From Candidatus Omnitrophota bacterium (lineage in GTDB: Bacteria; Omnitrophota; Gorgyraeia; Zapsychrales; Zapsychraceae): a stretch of 64,000 nucleotides of DNA. Below, piece after piece: positions 46,548 to 55,380 of the stretch (position 1 is the stretch's first letter; every line of letters begins with the position of its first letter). Position numbers and translations under genes: made by a program. The stretch spans positions 9,581 to 73,580 of the forward strand of contig JAJDCA010000065.1 of NCBI GenBank assembly GCA_029261055.1. The letters are read 5' to 3'. The notes below the pieces were generated by a model. The model was given only the letters and a program-made list of their open reading frames with translations. It was not told where the DNA came from and made no database searches.

Positions 46548-46726
46548 TATTTAAAAAACTTATCCCCCACCGCCCAATTCTCCCCGGAAACTTCATCAAT
46601 CACCAAATACGTATGCTCTTTAGGTTTATTCGCAACGTTTAAAAGCGTATCGGAAAATTGTTTAGCGATTTCATCCTTCTGTTCGCTGGTAAGCGTCCCC
46701 ACAAGTTTCAAATTAATGTATGGCAT
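46548..46726 (-). CDS. 4-oxalocrotonate tautomerase family protein (59 aa; not in the ORF track)
   Basis: Minus-strand translation gives MPYINLKLVGTLTSEQKDEIAKQFSDTLLNVANKPKEHTYLVIDEVSGENWAVGDKFFK. It has the Pro-1 tautomerase fold signature, and an RBS GGAG lies 5 nt upstream of the ATG. Confidence 0.65.
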
Positions 46727-46744
46727 TCATGTCTCCTTTATTTA

Positions 46745-46903
46745 AAGAAGCAGAGGTGCAAGAGACAAGATGCAGAGAAAAAAACAAAAAATTAATTAAT
46801 TTTTTTACTTCTCTACCTCTTACTTCTCTGCTTCTTACCTCTCTACTTCTTGCCTCTCTGCATCTTGCATCTCTACTTCTTTACCCCCTACTTCCCCCTC
46901 TCC
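46745..46903. repeat. CT-rich degenerate octamer tandem-repeat element (copy C), overlapping the metW stop codon
   Basis: A purine head AAGAAGCAGAGGTGCAAGAGACAAGATGCAGAGAAAAAAA, then an A/T tract, then about 12 CTTCTCTAC/CTTCTTACC-type units. The architecture matches 5094-5250. Confidence 0.5.
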
Positions 46904-47472
46904 AACAAATACACGCCTGCATTAGCAAATAAATTTGGCCTGACTAAAACTTTTTTATTCCCCACAATACCGATTTCTTGCAAAATTTTTATGCTATTGT
47001 CCCGGCAAAAATAACGAAAATCTTTTAGACTTAAAAATCGCAAGTTAGGCGTATCGTACCATTGGTAAGGCAGTTCTTTGGTAATCGGCACACGACCGCG
47101 AAAGAAAATTTGAAACCGGGCACGAATGTGGGTGAAATTCGGAATAACAACAATAACCTTTTTCCCGACACGAAACGATTCTAGAATTACTCTCCGTGGA
47201 TTAAGCACCTGCTGAAGACTTTCACTTAAAATAACGTAATCAAACCGTTTATTCGAATAATCCGCCAACCCTGAATCAATATTTTCATGGGATACCGTCA
47301 AGCCTTTGGCAATACATTCGTAAATGGCTTTTTCATCCAATTCAATACCTGTACCGGTACAACTTTTCTCTTTAATAAGCAGCGCCAACAGACTTCCGTC
47401 TCCGCAGCCAAGATCAAGCAGTTTGGACTGTGGCTTAACAAAATCTAAAATAATTTTATGATCTAATCTCAC
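46888..47472 (-). CDS. metW: methionine biosynthesis protein MetW
   Basis: 194 aa with a SAM-MTase-like LDLGCGDGSLL motif. It lies immediately downstream of metX, overlapping it by 1 nt. Confidence 0.85.
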   Translation of the reverse strand: MRLDHKIILDFVKPQSKLLDLGCGDGSLLALLIKEKSCTGTGIELDEKAIYECIAKGLTVSHENIDSGLADYSNKRFDYVILSESLQQVLNPRRVILESFRVGKKVIVVIPNFTHIRARFQIFFRGRVPITKELPYQWYDTPNLRFLSLKDFRYFCRDNSIKILQEIGIVGNKKVLVRPNLFANAGVYLLERGK

Positions 47473-48596
47473 TAAATTTTAGCTCTCTTTAAAAAAGGTC
47501 GAACAAGCTTGGTTAACCCTTCGGCTTCAACCAAAAAAGCATCGTGCCCATAATCACTATTAATGACGATGTCCGAAACATCCAAATCATTTACTTTTAA
47601 AGCCTTAACCATTTGTTTGGATTGATACGTCGGATACAGCCAATCTGATGTAAATGATACAATCAAAAACTTTGCCTTGGCTCTGGAAAATGATTTGGAT
47701 AAACTCCCATCTTCTGCCATGTCAAAATAATCCAAGGCCTTGGAAAGATACAAATAAGAATTTGCGTCAAAACGCTGCACAAAGGTATCACTTCTGTACT
47801 TCAAATAACTTTCTACCTGAAAATCTTGGTTAAAATCATACCCAAGCCGCTCTTTACTAATAAGTTTACGACCAAACTTTTCTTCCATGGATTTATCGCT
47901 CATGTACGTGATGTGACCGACCATACGCGAAAGGGCCAAACCACGTGCTGGAATAGACTTGCCGTAGTAATCGCCATTGTGCCAATCCGGATCCCCCATA
48001 ATGGCCTGACGCGCCACTTCATGCAAAGCAATTTGCTGAGCGGTGTGCCGTGTGTTGGCCGCAATGACAATAACCGAAGCCGTTGTCTCCGGATACATCA
48101 CCGACCATTTCAGGGCTTGTAAACCACCCATGGAACCACCGGCTGTACACACTAATTTTTTAATACCCATATGGTCGATCAATAATTTCTGCGCACTGAC
48201 CATATCGCCAATCGTCACAAACGGAAAACTTAACCCATAAGGTTTACCTGTTTTAGGATCAATAGAGGCTGGACCGGTACTTCCCTTACACCCACCAATC
48301 ACATTGACGCTAATAAGAAAATATTTATCCGTATCAAAGGCCTTTCCCGGCCCGATCATCTTGTCCCACCAGCCAGGTTTTTTATCGCCTTCATGAAATC
48401 CCGCGGCATGCGCATCGCTGGTTAAAGTATGAAAAATAAGAATGGCATTAGATTTATTTTGATTAAGTTCGCCGTAGGTTTCATAGGCGAGGGTGATAGG
48501 CCCCAACTTTTCGCCGCTCTCTAAACGCAACTCATTAGGCTGTTCACAAAACGTGATGGTCTGGGTTGTAATAATATCTTGATTGTTAAAAGGCAT
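47472..48596 (-). CDS. metX: homoserine O-acetyltransferase
   Basis: 374 aa alpha/beta hydrolase with the nucleophile motif GGSMGG, colinear with MetX. Confidence 0.9.
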   Translation of the reverse strand: MPFNNQDIITTQTITFCEQPNELRLESGEKLGPITLAYETYGELNQNKSNAILIFHTLTSDAHAAGFHEGDKKPGWWDKMIGPGKAFDTDKYFLISVNVIGGCKGSTGPASIDPKTGKPYGLSFPFVTIGDMVSAQKLLIDHMGIKKLVCTAGGSMGGLQALKWSVMYPETTASVIVIAANTRHTAQQIALHEVARQAIMGDPDWHNGDYYGKSIPARGLALSRMVGHITYMSDKSMEEKFGRKLISKERLGYDFNQDFQVESYLKYRSDTFVQRFDANSYLYLSKALDYFDMAEDGSLSKSFSRAKAKFLIVSFTSDWLYPTYQSKQMVKALKVNDLDVSDIVINSDYGHDAFLVEAEGLTKLVRPFLKRAKI

Positions 48597-48598
48597 AA

Positions 48599-49627
48599 TT
48601 AAGCACTAAATTCAAACATCGCTTCAATACATTTTTTAGCTCTTTGAACGACTTCTTTATCAATAACAACCCGATCTCTCGGGGTAGGATTCGTTAAAAC
48701 ACGACGGATGTCTTCTAAGGTATTCGATTTCATGTAACGGCACAACGTACAGGTGCCCACCAAATGCTTGTCCGGAAATTCCTTCTGCAACCGTGCGGAC
48801 AAACCGCACTCGGTTAACATCAAAAATTGATGCGCATCCGTTGTTTCCATGTATTGTAACATCTGGGAAGTGCTGCCGACAAAATCCGATTGATCACAAA
48901 CTTCAGGTTTACATTCCGGATGGCTGACGACTTTGGCTTGAGGATATTCTGTACGAATCTTAAAAATTTGCTCCGTATCATATTCTTCATGCACGTAACA
49001 TTTCCCCTCAAAATAACGCACATCTTTGGCCACACCGCGTTTGGCCATTTCCTTAACAAGATTCTGCCCCATCAATTCATCCGGCAAAAAATAAATTTTA
49101 TCATTCGGAATTTTTTCGACAATGTCATACACATTAGCTGATGTCACACACACATCACACTCGGCTTTAACAGCTGCGGTGGTATTGATGTAACAGACAA
49201 AGGTGTACTCAGAAAATTCCTGCCGCAATGCACGAACACGTTCCGCGGTAATCGCATCGGCCAGACTACAACCGTCTTCTAAACCAGGAATCAGCACTTC
49301 TTTTTCAGGATTGAGTATCTGGGCTGTTTCTCCCATAAATCGAACCGCCGCAAAGACAATCGTATCGGCCGTGGTTTCCATCGCATTTTTACTTAAGCCG
49401 TAAGAGTCTCCAACATAATCACCTACACCATAAATAATTTCGGGGTTCACGTAAGAATGGACAAGAATAACCGCGTTCTTTTTTTCCTTAAGATCACGAA
49501 TTTCATTAATCAAAGGCGTCATTTCCTCACATTTGCGCAAGGAATACTGGCACACGCTCCCCGTGACCTTGATATTCTTCAAAGTTTCGTAAAGCTCTTC
49601 AGCTGTTGTGTGATTAGTTGTAATCAT
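48599..49627 (-). CDS. nadA: quinolinate synthase
   Basis: 342 aa with the NadA triple-repeat architecture and conserved Cys ligands. Confidence 0.85.
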   Translation of the reverse strand: MITTNHTTAEELYETLKNIKVTGSVCQYSLRKCEEMTPLINEIRDLKEKKNAVILVHSYVNPEIIYGVGDYVGDSYGLSKNAMETTADTIVFAAVRFMGETAQILNPEKEVLIPGLEDGCSLADAITAERVRALRQEFSEYTFVCYINTTAAVKAECDVCVTSANVYDIVEKIPNDKIYFLPDELMGQNLVKEMAKRGVAKDVRYFEGKCYVHEEYDTEQIFKIRTEYPQAKVVSHPECKPEVCDQSDFVGSTSQMLQYMETTDAHQFLMLTECGLSARLQKEFPDKHLVGTCTLCRYMKSNTLEDIRRVLTNPTPRDRVVIDKEVVQRAKKCIEAMFEFSA

Positions 49628-49681
49628 AGTAACGCATTTTACCTAATTGCGAGGATAACGCAACTAAAATATCTGATGGAG

Positions 49682-50038
49682 TTACACCTTACTAATAAAT
49701 AACAGCAGCCAACCAGCTAGAAAACTAAGACCACCAATGGGTGTAATCGGGCCAAAGATTTTCATCTGTGTTGTGGCCAAAAGATACAAAGATCCGGAAA
49801 AAAACACAATCCCTACCGTAAAACACCACCCTGCCATATTGATTTTCGGATCAACTCCTTGCGTGGCTAGCCAGGCAACCACAAACAAAGCTAAAGCATG
49901 AATAAAATGGTAAAAAATACCGGTTTGAAACACATCAAAATAATGCTCAGACAATTTTGACCGCAACATATGCGACCCAAATGCCCCCAAAGCCACCGCA
50001 CAAAACATCATCAAACTTCCCATTTTAATCCAAATCAT
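49682..50038 (-). CDS. DUF423 family small membrane protein
   Basis: 118 aa with 4 TM helices and the N-terminal AVALGAFGSHML motif. Confidence 0.7.
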   Translation of the reverse strand: MIWIKMGSLMMFCAVALGAFGSHMLRSKLSEHYFDVFQTGIFYHFIHALALFVVAWLATQGVDPKINMAGWCFTVGIVFFSGSLYLLATTQMKIFGPITPIGGLSFLAGWLLLFISKV

Positions 50039-50193
50039 TTTATTTTCCTCTTTCTAATTTTGTCTTATGTATTTTCACAACTTCTCTAAATTAGCGACAC
50101 GTGCATGTCAACCCGGCTATTGGAGATTCTGTTAAAGCCTTCCAGCTCAGAGGAGATCTCCTTCTGGTCGAGAAAGCATCCATGATCTATTTT

Positions 50194-50303
50194 AATAAAA
50201 ATTTTGCATGTTTAAGGTGAAGGGGTATCCTTGAATGGGAGGATCCACACTGGGCGGAGGGGCCCAGTCAAGGATACCCCTTCATCTATGCAAAATTTTT
50301 ATT
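50194..50303. repeat. GC-rich nested palindromic element: 16-bp core stem GAAGGGGTATCCTTGA / TCAAGGATACCCCTTC around an inner hairpin CTGGGC-GGAGGG-GCCCAG, flanked by an outer inverted repeat AAAATTTTGCAT / ATGCAAAATTTT
   Basis: Direct reading: core arms at 50219-50234 and 50268-50283, outer arms at 50194-50209 and 50288-50303. A further 10-bp palindrome GGAGATCTCC lies about 60 bp to the left (approximately 50141-50150). It sits between the miaB stop and the DUF423 start. Confidence 0.5.
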
Positions 50304-51635
50304 TCACTCGTAGAAATATTCCCCTTTTAACAAATGTGGGGTGGCCTCTTGTATTTTAACTTTCACAAAATCACCGCGGCCATACGCTCCGGCCGGTACG
50401 ATGACACGTTTATTCCCATCAGTCCGACCTTGAAATTTATCGGTCGACCGTGTTAACTCTGTTTCTTCAATCATGACATTGCAAACATCACCAATATGAG
50501 CTTCATTCCTTTTTAACGAAATATCTTTTTGCATATCAACGAGTTGGACAATGCGTGCCGTCTTTTTTTCCTCCGGTACATCATCCGGAAACTTACGTTC
50601 GGCAATCGTGCCTTTACGCTCAGAATATTTAAAAATAAACGCCGCATCAAATTCAACCGCCTGCATGACCTTTGCCGTATCTGAAAATTCTTCATCTGTT
50701 TCCGAAGAAAACCCTACAATAATGTCACTGGTCAACGCCATCTGAGGGTAATACCCGCGAATTTTATCCACCAAATCTAAAAATTCTTTTTGTGTGTAAA
50801 ACCGATCCATCAATTTCAGCATACGATCATTACCGGATTGTAATGGCAGATGAATGTGCTTACAAACCTTAGGATTATTCGCCATCACCTCGAGCAAATC
50901 ATCTGGAAAATCTTTCGGATTCGGCGACGTAAATCGAATACGTTCAATGCCGTTGACCTTGGAGGTAGCCTCTAATAACGCCGCAAAATCTCCACCTTCC
51001 CCCGAATACGAATTCACATTCTGCCCGAGAAACGTGACCTGCTTAAACCCTTCCCCAGCCAACCGCTTAACCTCTTCCACCACATTCGCCACCGACCGGC
51101 TACGTTCCCGTCCGCGCGTGTACGGCACCACACAAAACGTACAAAAATTATTACATCCCCGCATCACCGCCACCCACGCATTCACCCCTTGCACCCGCGA
51201 AGGATACACATCACTGTAAGTCTCAAACTCCGACAATGTCGTATCAAATGCTTTAGCCCCGATCCCAGCCGCCTCACGAATCAATCCAGGCAAACGCTTG
51301 TAACTATCCGGCCCCGCAATAAAATCAATCTTCAACGCCTTATCCTCAAGCAAATCCTTACGCAAATTCGTCGCCATACACCCCAGCACCCCAATCATCA
51401 ACGAATCACCATCCCCATTAGAACGCTGCTTGTATTTATGCCGAATCTTATGAATCCTCCCAAACACCTTCCGATGCGCATGCTCCCTGATCGCACAAGT
51501 ATTAAGAAGCACAATATCCGCCGCCGTCTCCTCCTGCACAAACACATACCCATCCTTCGTCAGAATCCCCCGCACGAGTTCCGAATCATATTCGTTCATT
51601 TGGCAACCATACGTTTCAAGAAAAATTTTCTTCAT
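50304..51635 (-). CDS. miaB: tRNA-i6A37 methylthiotransferase
   Basis: 443 aa with an N-terminal MTTase Cys triad (YGCQMN), radical SAM CNNFCTFC and a C-terminal TRAM domain. Confidence 0.9.
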   Translation of the reverse strand: MKKIFLETYGCQMNEYDSELVRGILTKDGYVFVQEETAADIVLLNTCAIREHAHRKVFGRIHKIRHKYKQRSNGDGDSLMIGVLGCMATNLRKDLLEDKALKIDFIAGPDSYKRLPGLIREAAGIGAKAFDTTLSEFETYSDVYPSRVQGVNAWVAVMRGCNNFCTFCVVPYTRGRERSRSVANVVEEVKRLAGEGFKQVTFLGQNVNSYSGEGGDFAALLEATSKVNGIERIRFTSPNPKDFPDDLLEVMANNPKVCKHIHLPLQSGNDRMLKLMDRFYTQKEFLDLVDKIRGYYPQMALTSDIIVGFSSETDEEFSDTAKVMQAVEFDAAFIFKYSERKGTIAERKFPDDVPEEKKTARIVQLVDMQKDISLKRNEAHIGDVCNVMIEETELTRSTDKFQGRTDGNKRVIVPAGAYGRGDFVKVKIQEATPHLLKGEYFYE

Positions 51636-51881
51636 TTGACCCCCAAAATTTTTCTTAAAACGTTACGAGGTGTTGCGATGCTTCTACGCAACACCGACAA
51701 AAACGCAACACCACCCATTTCAACAATTATTTTCTTCACATCTTTTCCCATACCTAATCCCCACTAATTTGATTCTTCTCTTTAAATTCTCTTTTAAAAT
51801 TTGCAAGGGAGGTGGCAATTTGCCTCCACCCTTTTAATAATTTATTTTTATTGTCCATCTTTAATTACCCCTATTTACACC

Positions 51882-52403
51882 CTACTCAACAACCCTCTTC
51901 AAATCCCCCAACCCCTCCTCAAACTGCGCCCCCACCATCTTGTCACAATCCATCACCAAACTCATCGCCTTCATCATAAAATTCTTTAAACCAAACATCG
52001 CCCATGTCACAACAGCTTGATTACCTTGAGGCTGAAACATAAATTCATAAGTACTAGTAGATTTAAACGGTTTTATCCAATCACTTTTGATCTGTATTAA
52101 TTCAGCGGGGCGGCTAACGACAATGCTGTTGCTTCCTTGCCCTATGTCTTTGTTTCCATTCCAACTGAAAATGGACCCTACTCCTTTGGGAGATCCTGCA
52201 TATTCGTATTGGGCATTTGGATCAAGCTTAACCCATGGCGACCATTTTTGCCAATGATGAAAATTATTAACTTGCTCAAATATTTTTTCCGCAGGAGCTG
52301 TGATGGCTAAACTACGCGTTACCCGCAGCTCATTTGACTGCACGTTAACATAAAAACCCAAGCTAATTAATACTACAAAAATGACCAACCCAATTTTTTT
52401 CAT
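51882..52403 (-). CDS. secreted SRPBCC-superfamily protein
   Basis: 173 aa with a signal peptide and an AHSA1/polyketide-cyclase-like fold signature (W..W motifs). Confidence 0.5.
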   Translation of the reverse strand: MKKIGLVIFVVLISLGFYVNVQSNELRVTRSLAITAPAEKIFEQVNNFHHWQKWSPWVKLDPNAQYEYAGSPKGVGSIFSWNGNKDIGQGSNSIVVSRPAELIQIKSDWIKPFKSTSTYEFMFQPQGNQAVVTWAMFGLKNFMMKAMSLVMDCDKMVGAQFEEGLGDLKRVVE

Positions 52404-52677
52404 CAGCGTATCCCTCTCCCTTATTAAAGCCTTTCCAATAATCCGTCAACTTATTACGGGTTTCCTGGCCCATCATGCGTTGCTGGATCCATTTTTTGCT
52501 TCTGCCCTGCTTCTGCCAATATTCACGAGAACGATTAAGAGCTTTTTCAGAATCAGTCATTTCCTGCATACGCTCGTATCCAACCTTTGCCAGCCACAAT
52601 TTAATAAATTCTGCTTTTGGGCTTGGAACGGATTGAATAATACGTAATAAAGTTTCAGGACTGGCGGCGCCTGTCAA
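52363..52677 (-). CDS. hypothetical protein (overlaps the SRPBCC start by 41 nt; may be a gene fragment)
   Basis: 104 aa ORF rich in W/K/R/Q (LWLAKVGYERMQEMTDSEKALNRSREYWQKQGRSKKWIQQR). I do not recognise the family with confidence. Confidence 0.3.
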   Translation of the reverse strand: MTGAASPETLLRIIQSVPSPKAEFIKLWLAKVGYERMQEMTDSEKALNRSREYWQKQGRSKKWIQQRMMGQETRNKLTDYWKGFNKGEGYADEKNWVGHFCSIN

Positions 52678-52745
52678 ATATCTCTTTCCATCAGCCGCCT
52701 ATTTTACGTCTTTACCTTTATTTGTCAAAAAATTAATATTTCCGT

Positions 52746-52829
52746 GCCAGCCCCTGGCTAATTAGAAGGGGTCAGATCCTGAATTATCATATTTTGATAG
52801 AAATATCATCTTTCAAGACCTGACCCCGC
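52746..52829. repeat. second member of the GC-rich palindromic element family (GAAGGGGTCAGATCCTGAA ... TTCAAGACCTGACCCCGC), preceded by the small hairpin GCCAGCCCCTGGC
   Basis: Direct reading: arms at 52765-52783 and 52812-52829, small hairpin at 52746-52758. The arm sequence is similar to the 50219-50234 core. It lies just downstream of cydB. Confidence 0.45.
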
Positions 52830-52877
52830 ATATTTATTCATTGCCGTTTAACTTTATATTTTTTTGCAAATTACATA

Positions 52878-53912
52878 TCAATAACTATCTTTTGTAATCT
52901 GTACCTTCCCCCTAAAAATCCAATAAATTGCAATCGTGTAGGACAATACAAATGGAATACCAATAACGGCAATATTTAACATATAATTAAGTGATTTCAC
53001 CGATGAGGAAGCATTATAAATAGTCAAACTATATTCAGGATTAGGGGTGGATAGAACAAAGTTTGGGAAAATACCTCCACCAAAAATAAAAATTAACGTT
53101 ACCATCGCAACGCAAGATGATAAAAAAGCATTTAAACTTCGATTATGATAAATTTCGCGGGGAATATTAGCGATGGCAAGCATATTAATTAAGGGCACAA
53201 TAAACAAAATTGGAAATTGTCTGAGTTTGTCCGCCATATGCGGCAGATAAACCAATGTTGCCAACGTTGTCGTCGCATAACAAATAATAAAGAAAATAAT
53301 GCAATTATTAATCCAACCACGGGCTTTCTTGTGAAACTCCCCTTCTGTTTTTAAAAGAACATAAATTGAGCCGTGCATCATAAAAAGCGCCACTGTAGTT
53401 AGTCCTACAAGCAACGCATAGGGATTGAAGAGATTCCAGAATCCGCCCATATATTCTTTATCTGCGCCAAGAGGTATACCCCAAATAATATTCCCAAGAG
53501 CAACACCTAAAACAAAACTTGCGAGTATACTGGAAAGACTAAAAGCGATATCCCAAGATTGACGCCAACGTGGATTTTCTACTTTGCTTCTAAATTCAAT
53601 AGCGACAGCCCGAAAAATTAACGATAACAAAAGTAACATGACCGCTAAATAAAATCCGGATGTAAGTGTGGCATACACATCAGGAAATGCTGCAAACAGG
53701 GCTCCGCCTCCAGTAACCAACCATACTTCATTCCCATCCCACACAGGACCGATGGAATTAATCATGATTCGTCGTTCTTTATCTGTCTTGGTTAACAAGT
53801 GCAAGGCGCCAACGCCCAAGTCAAATCCATCCAGAATGGCGTACCCACTAAATAAAAGACCAAGCAGAACAAACCAAATAAGATTTAAATCTAAATGTGT
53901 AAAATCAAACAT
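52878..53912 (-). CDS. cydB: cytochrome bd ubiquinol oxidase subunit II
   Basis: 344 aa. N-terminus MFDFTHLDLNLIWFVLLGLLFSGYAILDGFDLGVGAL is typical of CydB. Confidence 0.9.
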   Translation of the reverse strand: MFDFTHLDLNLIWFVLLGLLFSGYAILDGFDLGVGALHLLTKTDKERRIMINSIGPVWDGNEVWLVTGGGALFAAFPDVYATLTSGFYLAVMLLLLSLIFRAVAIEFRSKVENPRWRQSWDIAFSLSSILASFVLGVALGNIIWGIPLGADKEYMGGFWNLFNPYALLVGLTTVALFMMHGSIYVLLKTEGEFHKKARGWINNCIIFFIICYATTTLATLVYLPHMADKLRQFPILFIVPLINMLAIANIPREIYHNRSLNAFLSSCVAMVTLIFIFGGGIFPNFVLSTPNPEYSLTIYNASSSVKSLNYMLNIAVIGIPFVLSYTIAIYWIFRGKVQITKDSY

Positions 53913-53915
53913 AAT

Positions 53916-55259
53916 TTAAGCTATCTGTCCTTTGGGTAAATCAGTTGTATCTTCTGGACCAATTTTTATTTTCCGGTTAAGTAAGAAAATAAATAATACA
54001 AAAAGCAGCGTATACACAATTGTAAACATAATTAAACTAGTCACAACCATATTGGCTGTTACCGCTTTAGACAACCCCTGAGATGTTCTTAACAGTCCAT
54101 ACACAATCCAGGGTTGACGCCCCACTTCAGTTGTTATCCAACCAATTTGATTGGCTATCTGCGGGCCTAACACCGAACCTACAAATCCCCACAACAACCA
54201 GCGTGTTGTAAACAACTTTCCTTTAAACAAATAAATAACACCCATAATATTTAATGCAATTAATAACATACCAATCAAAACCATTAAATGAAATGATTGA
54301 AAAACAATTTGTACAGGAGGTCTGTCTTCTTTTTTAAATTCGTTTAACCCCGTCACAGGCGTTTGGAAATCATTATGGACAAGAAAACTTAACATATTCG
54401 GTAACTTGATACCCTTAACGGTTTCATTTTCCTCATCAACCCATCCGAATAAATATAAATCGGCAGGTGCGGTTTCATAATGCCCTTCCATCGCCGCTAG
54501 CTTAGCTGGCTGATACTCACCTGCAAGCTTTGCACTACTATGACCGGAAATAAGCTGCGCAATGGAAGCAAAAATAGCTAAACCTAAAGCGATCTTCATG
54601 GAAGCTTTAGCAAATTCTTGATGGCGATTACGCAATAGATAATACGCACTGACACTTAAAACCAAAGTAGCTCCAGCCTGCCAACAACCAAGAATGACGT
54701 GAACAAGCCGATCCATGCTGGACGGGTTAAATACCATGGCCCAAAAATCTACAATTTCAGCTCGCGCTTCCATTCCTTCTCCAACAATATGATAACCTGC
54801 TGGTGTCTGCATCCAACTTCCAGCAACAGTAATCCACACCGATGAAAAATGCGCGCCTAGACAAACCATCATGGCTGAAAAGAAATGCACCCATGGTTTA
54901 ACTTTATTCCAGCCAAATAATAAAATGGCTAAAAAACCAGATTCTAGAAAAAAGGCAAAAATTCCTTCGGCGGCCAATGCACTACCAAAAATATCCCCCA
55001 CATATCTGGAGTATGTAGCCCAATTCGTTCCAAATTCAAATTCCATGACAATACCCGTCGCTACCCCAATCGCAAATGTCAATCCAAAAATCTTAACCCA
55101 AAAACGCGTCATATTATGATAAAGAGGATTCTTAGTCTTTAGGTACATTCCCTCCATAATTACCAAAAGAAGTCCGAGTCCAATAGAAAGTGGAGGGTAA
55201 ATGTAATGAAAAGCAATTGTTACAGCGAATTGTATTCTTGAGAGTAATAATACATCCAT
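53916..55259 (-). CDS. cydA: cytochrome bd ubiquinol oxidase subunit I
   Basis: 447 aa with conserved haem-ligand His/Met positions and a Q-loop region, colinear with CydA. Confidence 0.9.
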   Translation of the reverse strand: MDVLLLSRIQFAVTIAFHYIYPPLSIGLGLLLVIMEGMYLKTKNPLYHNMTRFWVKIFGLTFAIGVATGIVMEFEFGTNWATYSRYVGDIFGSALAAEGIFAFFLESGFLAILLFGWNKVKPWVHFFSAMMVCLGAHFSSVWITVAGSWMQTPAGYHIVGEGMEARAEIVDFWAMVFNPSSMDRLVHVILGCWQAGATLVLSVSAYYLLRNRHQEFAKASMKIALGLAIFASIAQLISGHSSAKLAGEYQPAKLAAMEGHYETAPADLYLFGWVDEENETVKGIKLPNMLSFLVHNDFQTPVTGLNEFKKEDRPPVQIVFQSFHLMVLIGMLLIALNIMGVIYLFKGKLFTTRWLLWGFVGSVLGPQIANQIGWITTEVGRQPWIVYGLLRTSQGLSKAVTANMVVTSLIMFTIVYTLLFVLFIFLLNRKIKIGPEDTTDLPKGQIA

Positions 55260-55380
55260 AATTTTTCCTAAATTATTTAATTAAAAAAATAACACATGTG
55301 CTTTGCATGAAAATTTATACCATTGTGCCATACAATAATCCAAATTTTTAATCATTTCAACAAATGTATTCTTAGTCAAT

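Noticed and set aside
48597-49681. Riboswitch or leader upstream of metX or nadA
   Set aside because: The intergenic gaps are 2 and 54 nt. That leaves no room for SAM, or any NAD-responsive aptamer, and no conserved aptamer motifs were seen.
50039-50303. Known structured RNAs (tmRNA, RNase P RNA, 6S, SRP RNA) in the miaB-DUF423 intergenic region
   Set aside because: I see no tRNA-like acceptor/T-arm (GGTTCGAATCC...CCA), no RNase P P4 consensus and no SRP domain IV motif. It is kept as an unclassified structured element instead.
51189-51767. 192-aa plus-strand ORF
   Set aside because: It is entirely antisense to miaB, a conserved radical SAM enzyme. It is Arg/Pro/His-rich low complexity typical of antisense translation.
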